NCBI GenBank assembly: GCA_026391945.1 | Contig: JAPLDA010000011.1 | Coordinates: 8,188-72,187, forward strand | From: Bacteroidota bacterium | GTDB lineage: Bacteria; Bacteroidota; Bacteroidia; AKYH767-A; 2013-40CM-41-45 | DNA length: 64,000 nt | Direction of reading: 5' to 3' | Shown here: positions 36,525-47,425 of the stretch, piece by piece | Layout of the letters: each line of letters starts with the position of its first letter | How positions within the stretch are numbered: the stretch's first letter is position 1 | The notes under the pieces: model-generated | Databases searched by the model: none | What the model was told of the DNA's origin: nothing | The model's input: only the letters and a program-made list of their open reading frames with translations | Translations under genes and position numbers: made by a program

Positions 36525-39038
36525 ATGATCAAACGTTTTCTGAAAATCACCGGTATCGTGATGCTGTCTTTCATCCTGCTGTGTGTTGTCATCGGGATTT
36601 TTTACGGAGAGGAAGTAAAGAAACTGATGATCGGCGAACTGAACAAAAGCCTCACGACGGAAGTGAATGTAAAGGAATTTGATTTTTCAATTCTCCGGCA
36701 TTTTCCTTTTGCCTCTGTGGACATGAAACAGGTGGTCATCAAAGAGGCCACCGATAAAAAAATTAAGGACACCTTATTGTATGCGGATCACCTGTCGCTG
36801 CTCTTCAACATCACAGGCTTGTTCAGCAAAGATTTTACTGTCAAAAAAATTGTCTTAAAAGACGCAAAGGTAAAGGTGGTGATGGATGAAAACGGGAAAG
36901 GCAATTATCATTTCTGGAAATCATCATCCGGTTCTGCTTCTTCGTCGGGGATTGATTTGAAAAAAATTGTCCTCGCAAATGTCAGCATCCGTTACATCGA
37001 TCATTACAACAAACAGGATTATCTCGCGGAGGCAAAAGAGGCGGAGCTCTCCGGAAAATTTTCGAGTGATGAATTTCTCCTGAAAACAAAAGCCGATTTG
37101 ATGATCAGTCATTTGCTGGTTGACAAAATTGATTATGTTCATGGAAAAGAGGCAACGATCCGTGCGGAGTTGAAAGTAAACAACCGGACCAATGAATATG
37201 TGTTCGTCAACAGTTCCGTTCGCATCGCCAGCCTCGCATTTGATATGAATGGGAAGGTAACTTCGCTGGATCATTCAACCAAACTGAACCTGTCCGTCAA
37301 TTCCAGCGAAGCCGATTTAGGTTCTTTCATCAGCCTGTTGCCCGAGACTTATGTAAACTATTTCAAAAATTTCAGGAGCAAAGGGAAGTTTTATTTTGCC
37401 TGCCACCTCACCGGGCAAAACGATTCGTCGCATACTCCGGATGTGGGTGTCACATTTTCCGTGACCAACGGGAGCATCACGCCAAAGGAAAGCGAGGTGT
37501 CGTTCGAGGACATCCGGGTTTCCGGTTCATTCATCAACCATAACCGGGAAAATAAAAGTGTGCTGGAGATTCCTTCTTTCTCCGCAACTCTCGGTGGAAG
37601 AAACCTGAAAGCAGACCTTGTCCTTGAAGACTTTCAGAATCCGTTCCTCACGCTGCATGCCGCCACCAACCTCGATCTCAGCCGGCTTCGTCATTTCATT
37701 CAGATGGATACTCTGGAAACGCTATCCGGTGATCTCGCCATGAACATTTCCTTTGCCGGGAAAATCAAAGACCTTCCGCGTTACCATGCCGATGCTTTGT
37801 ACAAAGTAAAAGCATCCGGGAACATGGAACTGAAAAACACTTCCTTCAAACTGAAAAAAAATCCGCTGGAGTTTAGTGCCATCAACGGAAATTTTTCGCT
37901 GAGCGACAACAGCGTCATCGTGAATGAACTGAAAGGGAAAATATCATCAAGCGATTTCGAAATGAACGGCGTGTTCAGGAACTTCCTCACGTTCCTCTTA
38001 ATTCCCGGGCAGGATGCGGAGGTGAATGCAAAACTTGTTTCCAATGAAATCAACCTCGATGAATTGCTGACGAACAAATCCGTTGCCTCGGAAAATGATA
38101 CGACGTATAAACTGAAGTTCAATCCTCGCCTGGTTTGCCGGCTGAATGTGGAGGTGGGCAACCTGCACTTCCGGAAATTTTCCGCCACGCACATCAAAGG
38201 AGAAATCAACCTCGCCGACCAGGTGATCAGCGGGAAGGGGCTGAGTTTTTCTTCGATGAACGGAACCACGGTGATGGATGCCGCCATCAATGCTTCACGC
38301 AACGACAGCATCATCATTTCCTGCGATGCAAAATGTTCCAGACTTGATATCACACAACTGTTCATACAGATGGAGAATTTCGGGCAAACCACCATGACGG
38401 ATAAAAATGTAAAAGGAAAAATCAGCGCTGATGTTCAATTCAAATCATCATGGACAACCGGTTTGCATATCAACTCAAAGAGTGTGTTGTGTACCAGCGA
38501 CCTCACCATCGACAACGGCGAGTTGAATGAGTTCCGGCCGATCCTCGCTCTTTCCAAATACCTGAAACTGTCGGATCTGAAACACATCCGTTTCTCGACT
38601 TTGAAAAACCAGGTGCGCATCAGCAACAGGAAAATATTTATTCCCGCCATGGAAATCAACTCAAGCGCATTGAACCTCACCGGTTCCGGCGTGCATGATT
38701 TCGACAACATGGTGGATTATAAAATTCAATTGTTGCTGAGTGATATTTTAGGAAAAAGAGTGAAGGATCAGAATACAGAGTTCGGGCAGATCGAAGATGA
38801 CGGTCTTGGAAGAACGAAACTGTTCCTGACGATGAAAGGCCCGGTGGATGATCCGAAAATCGGGTACGACAAAAAAGGTGTTGTCGAAAAAATCAAAAAT
38901 GAGATTAAAACGGAGCGACAGAACCTGAAAAATCTTTTGAAGCAGGAATTTGGTTCTCATAAAAACGATTCAACATCGGTGCAGAAAAAAAAGAAAGAAG
39001 AGATGCAGATCGACTGGGATACAAAGGATGATAAATAG
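36525..39038 (+). CDS. AsmA-like family protein
   Basis: N-terminal TM anchor from MIKRF, long beta-rich body, C-terminal F..LKN...I....I.IP.MEI.SSA.N....G.H.FDN..DY. Confidence 0.85.
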   Translation: MIKRFLKITGIVMLSFILLCVVIGIFYGEEVKKLMIGELNKSLTTEVNVKEFDFSILRHFPFASVDMKQVVIKEATDKKIKDTLLYADHLSLLFNITGLFSKDFTVKKIVLKDAKVKVVMDENGKGNYHFWKSSSGSASSSGIDLKKIVLANVSIRYIDHYNKQDYLAEAKEAELSGKFSSDEFLLKTKADLMISHLLVDKIDYVHGKEATIRAELKVNNRTNEYVFVNSSVRIASLAFDMNGKVTSLDHSTKLNLSVNSSEADLGSFISLLPETYVNYFKNFRSKGKFYFACHLTGQNDSSHTPDVGVTFSVTNGSITPKESEVSFEDIRVSGSFINHNRENKSVLEIPSFSATLGGRNLKADLVLEDFQNPFLTLHAATNLDLSRLRHFIQMDTLETLSGDLAMNISFAGKIKDLPRYHADALYKVKASGNMELKNTSFKLKKNPLEFSAINGNFSLSDNSVIVNELKGKISSSDFEMNGVFRNFLTFLLIPGQDAEVNAKLVSNEINLDELLTNKSVASENDTTYKLKFNPRLVCRLNVEVGNLHFRKFSATHIKGEINLADQVISGKGLSFSSMNGTTVMDAAINASRNDSIIISCDAKCSRLDITQLFIQMENFGQTTMTDKNVKGKISADVQFKSSWTTGLHINSKSVLCTSDLTIDNGELNEFRPILALSKYLKLSDLKHIRFSTLKNQVRISNRKIFIPAMEINSSALNLTGSGVHDFDNMVDYKIQLLLSDILGKRVKDQNTEFGQIEDDGLGRTKLFLTMKGPVDDPKIGYDKKGVVEKIKNEIKTERQNLKNLLKQEFGSHKNDSTSVQKKKKEEMQIDWDTKDDK

Positions 39039-39113
39039 CATGTCATTCGCCGGATTCCCTGCTTTCAATTTTTTTTAACATCTTAGCGTTTCATTTCGGA
39101 AGGAGAGCTTTAC

Positions 39114-40268
39114 TTGAACATTTACACTCAAAAACAACGTTGGAAGATTTTATTGCTGATTGCTGCACTGTTAATCGGGGCGGCTTCGCTTTGGTATACC
39201 AATAAACTCGTTAAAAATCTTGCCGAGGAAGAACGAAAAAAAATCGAACTCTGGGCGGAGGCCACCAAAAAACTCGCTGACATTACCGATGTAAATGCCG
39301 ATCTTAATTTTTTATCAAATGTGATCGGCAATAACACCACCATCCCGGTGATCATGACCGATGGCAAGGATGAACTTGTTTCGTACAGGAACCTGGATTC
39401 GGCAAAAGCACGGGATAAGGAATACATCAGGGAGCAGGTGGTGATCATGCGGCAACAACATGAGCCGATTGAAATTTTACTACCAGGAGGAAACAAAAAT
39501 TACATCCTATACAGGGATTCCACGCTGCTCGTGAAGCTTCGCTATTATCCATATTTTCAGTTAGCGGTAATCGCGCTCTTTTTAATCGTATCGTATCTTG
39601 CTTTCAGCAGTTCGAGGAAAGCGGAACAAAACCAGGTGTGGGTTGGCATGGCCAAAGAAACTGCTCACCAGTTGGGAACTCCTTTGTCGTCACTGATTGC
39701 CTGGCTGGAATTTTTAAAACTGAAAGGAACGGATACAGCGTACACGAGTGAAATTGAAAAAGATGTTCAGCGGCTGCAAACCATCACCGACCGTTTTTCA
39801 AAAATTGGTTCAGCTCCTGCGTTGCAAAAAGAAAATGTAAAAGATGTACTGCAGCATTCCATTGATTACATCAAGTCAAGAACATCAGCAAGGGTTGATT
39901 TCTCCATCAGCAATTCAGCGAACATTCCCGTACTGGCGCCGATGAACATTCCTCTTTTTGAATGGGTGATCGAAAACCTGCTGAAGAATTCCATCGATGC
40001 GATGAGCGGTTCGGGAAGTATCAAAATGACCATTACCGACCAGCACCAGTTCGTGTACATTGATATTTCTGACACGGGAAAAGGAATTCCGAAGAGTTCG
40101 TACAAAACTATTTTCAAGCCGGGATATACCACCAAGAGCAGGGGATGGGGACTTGGCCTTTCACTCAGCAAACGCATCATCGAAGACTATCACGACGGGC
40201 AGATATTTGTAAAAAGTTCTGAGTCGAACAAGGGCAGTACGATCCGGATTGTCCTGAAGAAGATATAA
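39114..40268 (+). CDS. Sensor histidine kinase
   Basis: Two TMs; KETAHQLGTP (H box), ENLLKNSIDA (N), DTGKGI (G1), GWGLGLS (G2). Confidence 0.95.
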   Translation: MNIYTQKQRWKILLLIAALLIGAASLWYTNKLVKNLAEEERKKIELWAEATKKLADITDVNADLNFLSNVIGNNTTIPVIMTDGKDELVSYRNLDSAKARDKEYIREQVVIMRQQHEPIEILLPGGNKNYILYRDSTLLVKLRYYPYFQLAVIALFLIVSYLAFSSSRKAEQNQVWVGMAKETAHQLGTPLSSLIAWLEFLKLKGTDTAYTSEIEKDVQRLQTITDRFSKIGSAPALQKENVKDVLQHSIDYIKSRTSARVDFSISNSANIPVLAPMNIPLFEWVIENLLKNSIDAMSGSGSIKMTITDQHQFVYIDISDTGKGIPKSSYKTIFKPGYTTKSRGWGLGLSLSKRIIEDYHDGQIFVKSSESNKGSTIRIVLKKI

Positions 40269-40339
40269 TCTCCCGGTTATTTCATTGTCAAAGAATCAAG
40301 TAACATGTTTCGTACATTCGTACGGATTCCGTTTTTCTC

Positions 40340-41473
40340 ATGAGTGGTATTTATATTCATATTCCTTTCTGCAGGCAGGCCTGTTACTACTGTGATTTTC
40401 ATTTTTCAGTATCATGGAAAAGGAAGGATGATTTTGTGCAGGCCTTGCTCAAGGAAATTGAGCTGCAGAAAAATTTTCTTGCCAATGAAAAAATCTCATC
40501 CGTATATTTTGGCGGAGGAACGCCGTCCATACTTTCAGCGGATGAACTGAAAAAAATACTCTTCACGCTTTCGAAGTATCATTCAATTGCGGATGACGCT
40601 GAAATGACGCTGGAAGCAAATCCTGATGATCTGACGAAAGAAAAAATAAAAGACATTGGAGAAACCGGCATCAACCGTTTAAGCATCGGCATCCAGAGTT
40701 TTTCGGATGAGGATTTGAAATTCATGAACCGCGTTCATGATTCGAAGCAAGCCATCGAATCGGTGAAGTCGGCTCAGGACGCCGGTTTCCGGAACATCAC
40801 CATCGACCTGATTTACGGCACACCAACTTTGGCAGATGAACAATGGGTTAAAAATCTTGAACAGGCTTTTGCACTGGATGTTCCGCATCTTTCCTGTTAT
40901 GCACTTACGGTGGAAACGCAAACGGCGCTGGCACAGTTTATCAAAAAGGGAAAAGTAGCTCCTGTGGATGAAGCCAAAGCAGCCGCGCAGTTTGAAATTC
41001 TCATGAAACGTTCCTCACAAAAAGGATTTGAGCAGTATGAGGTTTCGAATTTCGCGAAGGCTCAAATGTATTCCAGGCATAACAGCAGTTACTGGAGAAA
41101 TGAAAAATACCTGGGGCTTGGTCCTTCGGCTCATTCTTATAACGGCGTTTCGCGCCAATGGAATGTGGCGAATAATCATTTGTACATCGAAGCCATCAAC
41201 AAAGGATCGGTCCCTTTTGAAGAAGAAATATTAACCGCTGTACAGAAATACAACGAGTATGTGCTCACTTCTTTGCGCACCAGGTGGGGCTGTGATGTGA
41301 TGAAAATAAAAAATGAATTCGGTGAAAAATTTGGAGAGTACTTCAGCAAAACAGCCGATGATTTTATCAGGCAACAATGGATGGAAAATCGCGACAGAGT
41401 TTATGTGCTGACTCACAAAGGAAAATTCTTTGCCGACAGAATTTCTTCTGATTTATTTTACAGTGAAGACTGA
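40340..41473 (+). CDS. hemW: Radical SAM heme chaperone HemW
   Basis: YIHIPFCRQACYYCDF, GGGTPS, YEVSNFA, HNSSYW, YLGLGPSAHS. Confidence 0.93.
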   Translation: MSGIYIHIPFCRQACYYCDFHFSVSWKRKDDFVQALLKEIELQKNFLANEKISSVYFGGGTPSILSADELKKILFTLSKYHSIADDAEMTLEANPDDLTKEKIKDIGETGINRLSIGIQSFSDEDLKFMNRVHDSKQAIESVKSAQDAGFRNITIDLIYGTPTLADEQWVKNLEQAFALDVPHLSCYALTVETQTALAQFIKKGKVAPVDEAKAAAQFEILMKRSSQKGFEQYEVSNFAKAQMYSRHNSSYWRNEKYLGLGPSAHSYNGVSRQWNVANNHLYIEAINKGSVPFEEEILTAVQKYNEYVLTSLRTRWGCDVMKIKNEFGEKFGEYFSKTADDFIRQQWMENRDRVYVLTHKGKFFADRISSDLFYSED

Positions 41474-41575
41474 CGGGTGATTTAAACTTCCTGTCCTGTT
41501 CATCAAAATATTTGTACCCTGATCGTTCTCATTGATCACCCGCACCAGTTGCCCTATCTTTAAAAAAAAATTACA

Positions 41576-42199
41576 ATGAAAAAGCTATTCCTCTTGTTCT
41601 CGTTGTTTGTCGCTTTTGAAAGCACGCATGCGCAAAGCCTGGCTGGCACCGAATGGCTGGGAACCAATCCGCCGAGTCCCAACATCTGGTTCCAGTTCGG
41701 AACGGATACGGTGTATTATACATTCACCGGTTCAGGGTTTACGCCTCTCAGTTTGTATACATCATCCGGCGGGATATTCACCATCGCCGACCTCACCGGA
41801 ACTGCTGCCTGCACCAGCACCGGAACCTACAATTATTCGTATGTCGGCAACAGCCTCACGTTTACCCTCATCAGCGATAATTGTGTTAACCGGAGAAATA
41901 CGCTTCTCAATTATACCTGGACGCTGATCGGAACAACAGGGATGGATGATCAAAAACAAAATTCCCGATTGGTTGTTTATCCGAATCCATGTGTTGACGG
42001 CCTGTTGACGGTATCCGTTCCCGGTAATGATTTTACAAAAAGGGAAATCATACTTTGTGACATCAGCGGCAGGGTTGTGTACAATGAAAACATGGAAGCA
42101 GCGGAAACGCGAATCGACATTGGCTTTCTTCAGCACGGAATCTATACAGGCTATTGCCTGTTTGGTTCAGAAAAAATTCCGTTTATCGTAATCCGGTAA
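41576..42199 (+). CDS. Small secreted protein with T9SS type A sorting domain
   Basis: Signal ending in HAQ; C-terminal VYPNP...DISGR...GIY. Confidence 0.85.
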   Translation: MKKLFLLFSLFVAFESTHAQSLAGTEWLGTNPPSPNIWFQFGTDTVYYTFTGSGFTPLSLYTSSGGIFTIADLTGTAACTSTGTYNYSYVGNSLTFTLISDNCVNRRNTLLNYTWTLIGTTGMDDQKQNSRLVVYPNPCVDGLLTVSVPGNDFTKREIILCDISGRVVYNENMEAAETRIDIGFLQHGIYTGYCLFGSEKIPFIVIR

Positions 42200-42237
42200 A
42201 AGAAACTGTTTCAGGATGAAGGATGACGGTTGAAAAA

Positions 42238-42687
42238 TTAAAGGATCTTTTCGATTGTATAGGAGACTCCGTTCATTTCTGCATCATCACCGGTGTGTAA
42301 GCCCATCAGTTTTTCACCCAATGGAGATTGCGGGGAAAGTGCGATGACTGAAATCCCGTCGACCATTATTTTCCCCAAAGCGATGCTCACAAATAAAAAA
42401 ATCGTATCGGTTTTTACCAGGCTTCCCAGGGTAACAACCGGAACCTGCTTGGGAAAGTCCATTCTTTCCAGCACAGATTTTTGCAATAACATTTCATCGA
42501 GTTGCCGGCTTATTTTTTCATGCTCCATCTGCATCATGGCGCGGGCCGTTTCATGTTTATCTCCCGCCGAACTTTTGGAATCGTTTTCTGCTCCTACCGT
42601 CAGGTCATTCAAGACCGTTTGCATCAGTGTGATTTTATCATTCACCGACTCAACACATTTTTTATAAACTTTTTCTTTGAAGGTCAT
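42238..42687 (-). CDS. GreA/GreB-like protein of Bacteroidota
   Basis: KSSAGDKHETARAMMQME, LGSLV.T, LSPQSPLG..L.G...GD. Confidence 0.8.
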   Translation of the reverse strand: MTFKEKVYKKCVESVNDKITLMQTVLNDLTVGAENDSKSSAGDKHETARAMMQMEHEKISRQLDEMLLQKSVLERMDFPKQVPVVTLGSLVKTDTIFLFVSIALGKIMVDGISVIALSPQSPLGEKLMGLHTGDDAEMNGVSYTIEKIL

Positions 42688-42738
42688 GAGATGAGTTCGG
42701 TTTCCGGGAACAAGGCTGGTGGCCATGAAGCGTTACAA

Positions 42739-43416
42739 TTATTCATCCTGTTTCCCGCCGACCACGATCACCACCTCACCCTTCACCGTTTTCGATTTGA
42801 AGTAGGTGCAGATTTCCAGAAGAGTTCCGCGTTTGGTTTCTTCGAACATCTTGGTGAGTTCGCGTGAAACGCTTGCCTGCCGCTCGCTGCCGAAGGTTTC
42901 CATAAACTGCTCCAGCGTTTTCACAAGTCGAAAAGGCGATTCATAAAAAACCATCGTGCGTTCTTCATCTTTGAGTTCCGAAAGTTTAGTCGCTCTTCCT
43001 TTTTTATGCGGAAGAAATCCTTCAAAACAAAAACGTTCACAGGGCAAGCCTGAATCGACGAGGGCAGGAACAAAAGCCGTCGGGCCGGGAAGGCATTCCA
43101 CATCGATGCCGGTCTGGATGCACGCTCTCACAATCAAAAATCCGGGATCTGAAATTCCAGGAGTGCCGGCATCGGTCACCAATGCAACCGAATTGCTCTG
43201 TTCGATCTTCGCCATGATTCCTTCCAGCACTTTGTGTTCGTTGTTCTGGTGGTAAGCATGAATGTGTTTTTCAATTCCGAAATGATTCAACAGAACACGG
43301 CTGGTACGCGTATCTTCAGCGAGGATAAAGTCCGCCTCTTTGAGAATGCGGATGGCGCGCAGCGTGATGTCTTCGAGGTTTCCGATGGGTGTCGGGACAA
43401 GAACAAGTTTCGGCAT
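42739..43416 (-). CDS. rsmI: 16S rRNA (C1402-2'-O)-methyltransferase
   Basis: VPTPIGNLEDIT.RA, AEDTR, DAGTPGISDPG, FYESP.R, RELTK.FEE. Confidence 0.97.
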   Translation of the reverse strand: MPKLVLVPTPIGNLEDITLRAIRILKEADFILAEDTRTSRVLLNHFGIEKHIHAYHQNNEHKVLEGIMAKIEQSNSVALVTDAGTPGISDPGFLIVRACIQTGIDVECLPGPTAFVPALVDSGLPCERFCFEGFLPHKKGRATKLSELKDEERTMVFYESPFRLVKTLEQFMETFGSERQASVSRELTKMFEETKRGTLLEICTYFKSKTVKGEVVIVVGGKQDE

Positions 43417-43418
43417 GC

Positions 43419-44192
43419 TCAGGAGATGAACCGGCGTTCAACAAGTTCCTTAAAATGTTTTACATGCTCATCCTGGTCAGGCCAGTTGAAGCGGCTGGCG
43501 AGGTCGGCGGCAATCAATTGTTTTGCTGCGTCAAGATTTCCGGCATTGTTGATTTTATCAATGGCTTCTGAATAGTCCTGCAGGTTCCCATCGAATAGTT
43601 GGTTGATGAATAAAAATTTTTCATTGATGCCGATGGCTGCTTTCAGATCCACGATCGGCTTGTGGTGTAATTTTTCTGCTACAGTTTTGGAAGACGCTTT
43701 CGCGGCAATGTGTTCGTGCACGGTTTCTTCGTCATGGAAATTATCGCCCAGCGAATGAGCATCACCAAAGAGGGTCACGTTGACGCCGCCGGAAATTTTT
43801 TTCGGTTTGATGGCCTTTTCTTTTTTTGTCTCAGCTTCCTCTGCAGCGGAAGTTTTTACCATCACCTCTTCCATGGTGACCGGCGGATGAATTTCCTTCT
43901 CCGGTTCCTTTTTTTCCTGTGTGGCTTTCAACGATTCTTCCGTTTTCTTTTCAAACATCCTTTTTTCAGCGAGTATCCTCTGCGTAACGGCGGCTTTTAC
44001 CTCATCGAGCGATGAAAGTGCATTGTGATGATTCAGTAACAGGATGGCTTCGTACAGCTGGCGCGTGTTCTGGAGAATGATGTCCAGTTCGAGGTGAGGA
44101 ATGGTTCCGCTGCTGCTTTTTAGTTTTTCATGTTGTTCAGCAAGGGTTTTCAATAATAAATCAACCTGCTGGTGAATACTTTGACGATTCAT
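43419..44192 (-). CDS. Conserved hypothetical protein
   Basis: Long ORF abutting rsmI; C-terminal DLKAAIGINEKFLFINQLF...LVERRF. ATG 44192 preferred. Confidence 0.8.
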   Translation of the reverse strand: MNRQSIHQQVDLLLKTLAEQHEKLKSSSGTIPHLELDIILQNTRQLYEAILLLNHHNALSSLDEVKAAVTQRILAEKRMFEKKTEESLKATQEKKEPEKEIHPPVTMEEVMVKTSAAEEAETKKEKAIKPKKISGGVNVTLFGDAHSLGDNFHDEETVHEHIAAKASSKTVAEKLHHKPIVDLKAAIGINEKFLFINQLFDGNLQDYSEAIDKINNAGNLDAAKQLIAADLASRFNWPDQDEHVKHFKELVERRFIS

Positions 44193-44290
44193 AAGAAATG
44201 TTTTTACCAGTGATAAAACGGTGAAGGTTTTAATATATTTTTGTCCTTCGCCATTCTTCAAAGGTAAAGAAAAATAAACCTGCATTTTAC

Positions 44291-44872
44291 ATGTTTCTTG
44301 AACACCTCAGATCCTACGATACTAAAAAAGGCTGCATCGAAGTCATTGTCGGATCCATGTTTTCCGGCAAAACGGAAGAACTGATCCGGAGGCTGAAACG
44401 CGCACGCATCGCTCAACAGAAAGTGGAAATCTTCAAACCCAAACTGGACACACGGTACGATGAAGTGAACGTGGTTTCGCACGATGCCAATTTCATTCCT
44501 TCCACGCCCGTGGAATCGTCTTCACGGATTCTTCTCCTGGCAAATGATGTGGAAGTGATCGGAATAGATGAAGCACAGTTCTTTGACGAAGAATTGCCTT
44601 CGGTCTGTGAAAGCCTTGCCAACCGAGGCATCCGGGTCATCGTCGCCGGGCTTGATATGGATTACCTCGGCAAACCGTTCGGCCCGCTGCCGCATCTTAT
44701 GGCCACAGCGGAGTATGTGACAAAGGTACATGCCATCTGCATCAAATGCGGAAACCTTGCTAACCACTCTCATCGCACCATCGTTAACAGTTCGCGCATA
44801 CTCCTGGGAGAAAAAGATTCCTATGTACCGCTATGCAGGAATTGTTTCAACGACGAAAAAAACAAAGCCTGA
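44291..44872 (+). CDS. tdk: Thymidine kinase
   Basis: [27 protein letters not shown], CxxC zinc pairs. Confidence 0.97.
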   Translation: MFLEHLRSYDTKKGCIEVIVGSMFSGKTEELIRRLKRARIAQQKVEIFKPKLDTRYDEVNVVSHDANFIPSTPVESSSRILLLANDVEVIGIDEAQFFDEELPSVCESLANRGIRVIVAGLDMDYLGKPFGPLPHLMATAEYVTKVHAICIKCGNLANHSHRTIVNSSRILLGEKDSYVPLCRNCFNDEKNKA

Positions 44873-44884
44873 TTTTTTACCGCC

Positions 44885-47365
44885 ATGGAATACAGCATTC
44901 ATAAAGTTTGTGAGATTACGGGTGGCAACATGGTGGTGAATGCACCGGAGAAAATTTTGGTCGAAGACCTCGTTACCGATAACCGGAAAATTATTCATGC
45001 AGATACATCCCTGTTCTTCGCCATCAAAGGCGAACGGCACGACGGGCATAAATTTATTGAGAGCTGCCTGGAACAGGGTGTTTGTAATTTCATGGTGAGT
45101 GAAATCAGGAGTGAATTTGAAACGATGCATGCCAATTTCATCGTGGTGGATGATACGCTGGAAGCTTTGCAGGTGTTGAGTTCGTTTCATCGTTTGCAGT
45201 TTTCACTGCCGGTCACGGGCATCACCGGGAGCAACGGGAAAACCATCGTCAAGGAGTGGCTGTACCAGCTGATGCGCCCCGATAAAAACATTGTACGAAG
45301 CCCGAAGAGTTACAATTCTCAGGTGGGAGTTCCGCTTTCTGTTTGGCAGATCAGTCCTGAACACCAGCTTGCATTGATTGAAGCCGGCATTTCGAAACCC
45401 GGTGAGATGGAAAAACTCCGGAAGATCATTCTTCCTACCATCGGAATTTTTACAAACATCGGCACGGCGCACGATGAAAATTTTGCAACCCTCGATGAAA
45501 AGGTAAACGAAAAACTGAAACTGTTTGCTTCTTCTGATACGCTGATCTATTGCCGGGATTACAACCTTATCCAGGAGGCCATTTCCGGGAGTAACGAACT
45601 TTCCGACACACTGAAATTTTTTACATGGTCGAGAAAAACGAAAGCGGATCTGCAGGTTGGACGTATCAGCAAAGGGCTTGATGAATGTGAAATCCAGGGG
45701 GTGTACAAAAATGATTTCATTAAAATCAGGATTCCGTTTACCGATGATGCCTCTGTTGAAAATGCCATTCATTGCTGGTCATTCCTGTTGCTGCTCGGTT
45801 ACGATCCGGATACGATTGACGAACGGATGCAGAACCTCAGCCCGGTTGCCATGCGACTGGAGATGAAGGAAGGCATCAACAACTGTTCAATCATCAACGA
45901 CAGTTACAATTCCGACATCGGTTCACTTACGATTGCACTGGATTTCCTGAACCAGCAGAAGCAACACAAAACGAAAACGATTGTGTTGTCGGATATTCTT
46001 CAGAGCGGGAAGAATGAAGAAAATTTGTATGGCGATGTGGCTGAACTGCTGAAGGCAAAAGGCGTGGATAAAATGATCGGCATCGGTGATTCCATCACGA
46101 GGCAGCAGCACCTGTTTAATCTCCCCAAAAAATTCTACCAGAACACAGATGATTTTCTCCGCGATTTTTCCCCGGTTGCTTTCCGTGATGAAACGATACT
46201 GATCAAAGGTGCACGGCCTTTTGGTTTTGAAAAAATCAGCAAAGCCCTGCAGCAGAAAGCGCATGAGACCGTCCTGGAAATTAACCTGAATGCATTGGTT
46301 CACAACCTGAATTATTACCGTTCACGTTTAAAGCCAACCACGAAGATCATGGCCATGGTAAAAGCTTTTTCCTATGGAAGCGGAAGTTTTGAGATCGCCA
46401 ACATCCTCCAGTTTCATCACGTCGATTACCTCGCCGTGGCGTATACCGATGAAGGCGTGGAACTCCGCAAAACAGGAATCACGCTTCCCATCATGGTGAT
46501 GAACCCGGAAGTGCAGAGTTTCGAAGCGATGATCCAGTACAAACTGGAGCCGGAGATTTACAATTTTCGTTTACTCAACCAGCTTGGCGAGTTGCTGAAA
46601 AGAGATGACATCAAATCCCATCTTTTTCCGATTCACCTCAAGCTCGATACCGGCATGCACCGCCTCGGATTTGAAGAGAGCGACATTCCTGAACTGATGG
46701 TGCGGCTGCGGAACAATAAAAACATCCGCGTGCAGTCTGTTTTTTCACATCTCGCCGCCAGTGATGAAGCTGAACACGATTCATTTACCAAACTGCAGAT
46801 TGAAAAATTCAGCAGGATGAGTGACGAAATCAATTCCGCTTTTGATTACCATGTATGCCGCCACCTGCTCAACTCTTCCGGTGTGATCCGTTTCCAGGAA
46901 GCACAGTTTGATATGGTGAGACTGGGAATTGGCTTGTACGGATTTGCCGCTACCACACATGAACAGGCGCATTTGCAGAATGTGGCGACTTTAAAAACAA
47001 CCATCTCCCAGATCAAAAATGTTCCGGCCACTGAAACCATCGGTTACAGCCGGAAGGGAATCCTGAAACGCGACACACAGGTTGCCACCGTTGCCATCGG
47101 TTATGCCGATGGAATCAACCGGAGACTGAGCAATGGTGCGGGGAAAATGCTGGTGAAAGGAAAACGTGTGCCGGTTATCGGTCATGTTTGCATGGACATG
47201 TGCATGCTCGACATCACCGATGTGCATGCGAAAGAAGGAGATGAGGTGATTGTGTTTGGCGCTGAACTTCCTGTTCAGGAAATGGCAAAAATTCTCGGAA
47301 CGATTTCTTACGAGATTTTGGTTAATGTTTCACAACGGGTGAAGCGGGTTTATTTTCATGAATGA
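44885..47365 (+). CDS. alr: Bifunctional MurF-like ligase / alanine racemase
   Basis: ITGSNGKT, KSYNSQ.G, NDSYNSD (Mur ligase); MVKAFSYG, LDTGMHRLGF, IGYADG, VCMDM (Alr). Confidence 0.95.
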   Translation: MEYSIHKVCEITGGNMVVNAPEKILVEDLVTDNRKIIHADTSLFFAIKGERHDGHKFIESCLEQGVCNFMVSEIRSEFETMHANFIVVDDTLEALQVLSSFHRLQFSLPVTGITGSNGKTIVKEWLYQLMRPDKNIVRSPKSYNSQVGVPLSVWQISPEHQLALIEAGISKPGEMEKLRKIILPTIGIFTNIGTAHDENFATLDEKVNEKLKLFASSDTLIYCRDYNLIQEAISGSNELSDTLKFFTWSRKTKADLQVGRISKGLDECEIQGVYKNDFIKIRIPFTDDASVENAIHCWSFLLLLGYDPDTIDERMQNLSPVAMRLEMKEGINNCSIINDSYNSDIGSLTIALDFLNQQKQHKTKTIVLSDILQSGKNEENLYGDVAELLKAKGVDKMIGIGDSITRQQHLFNLPKKFYQNTDDFLRDFSPVAFRDETILIKGARPFGFEKISKALQQKAHETVLEINLNALVHNLNYYRSRLKPTTKIMAMVKAFSYGSGSFEIANILQFHHVDYLAVAYTDEGVELRKTGITLPIMVMNPEVQSFEAMIQYKLEPEIYNFRLLNQLGELLKRDDIKSHLFPIHLKLDTGMHRLGFEESDIPELMVRLRNNKNIRVQSVFSHLAASDEAEHDSFTKLQIEKFSRMSDEINSAFDYHVCRHLLNSSGVIRFQEAQFDMVRLGIGLYGFAATTHEQAHLQNVATLKTTISQIKNVPATETIGYSRKGILKRDTQVATVAIGYADGINRRLSNGAGKMLVKGKRVPVIGHVCMDMCMLDITDVHAKEGDEVIVFGAELPVQEMAKILGTISYEILVNVSQRVKRVYFHE

Positions 47366-47383
47366 CGCCGGTTGAAGAGCATA

Positions 47384-47413
47384 AAAAAACCCGGAAGAAC
47401 TTCCGGGTTTTTT
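47384..47413. terminator. Bidirectional intrinsic terminator
   Basis: AAAAAACCCGGAAG-AA-CTTCCGGGTTTTTT between convergent genes. Confidence 0.85.
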
Positions 47414-47425
47414 CTTTTCGGTGTC

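Noticed and set aside
44885-47365. MurF-Alr fusion as a novelty
   Set aside because: This fusion is well known and widespread in Bacteroidota.
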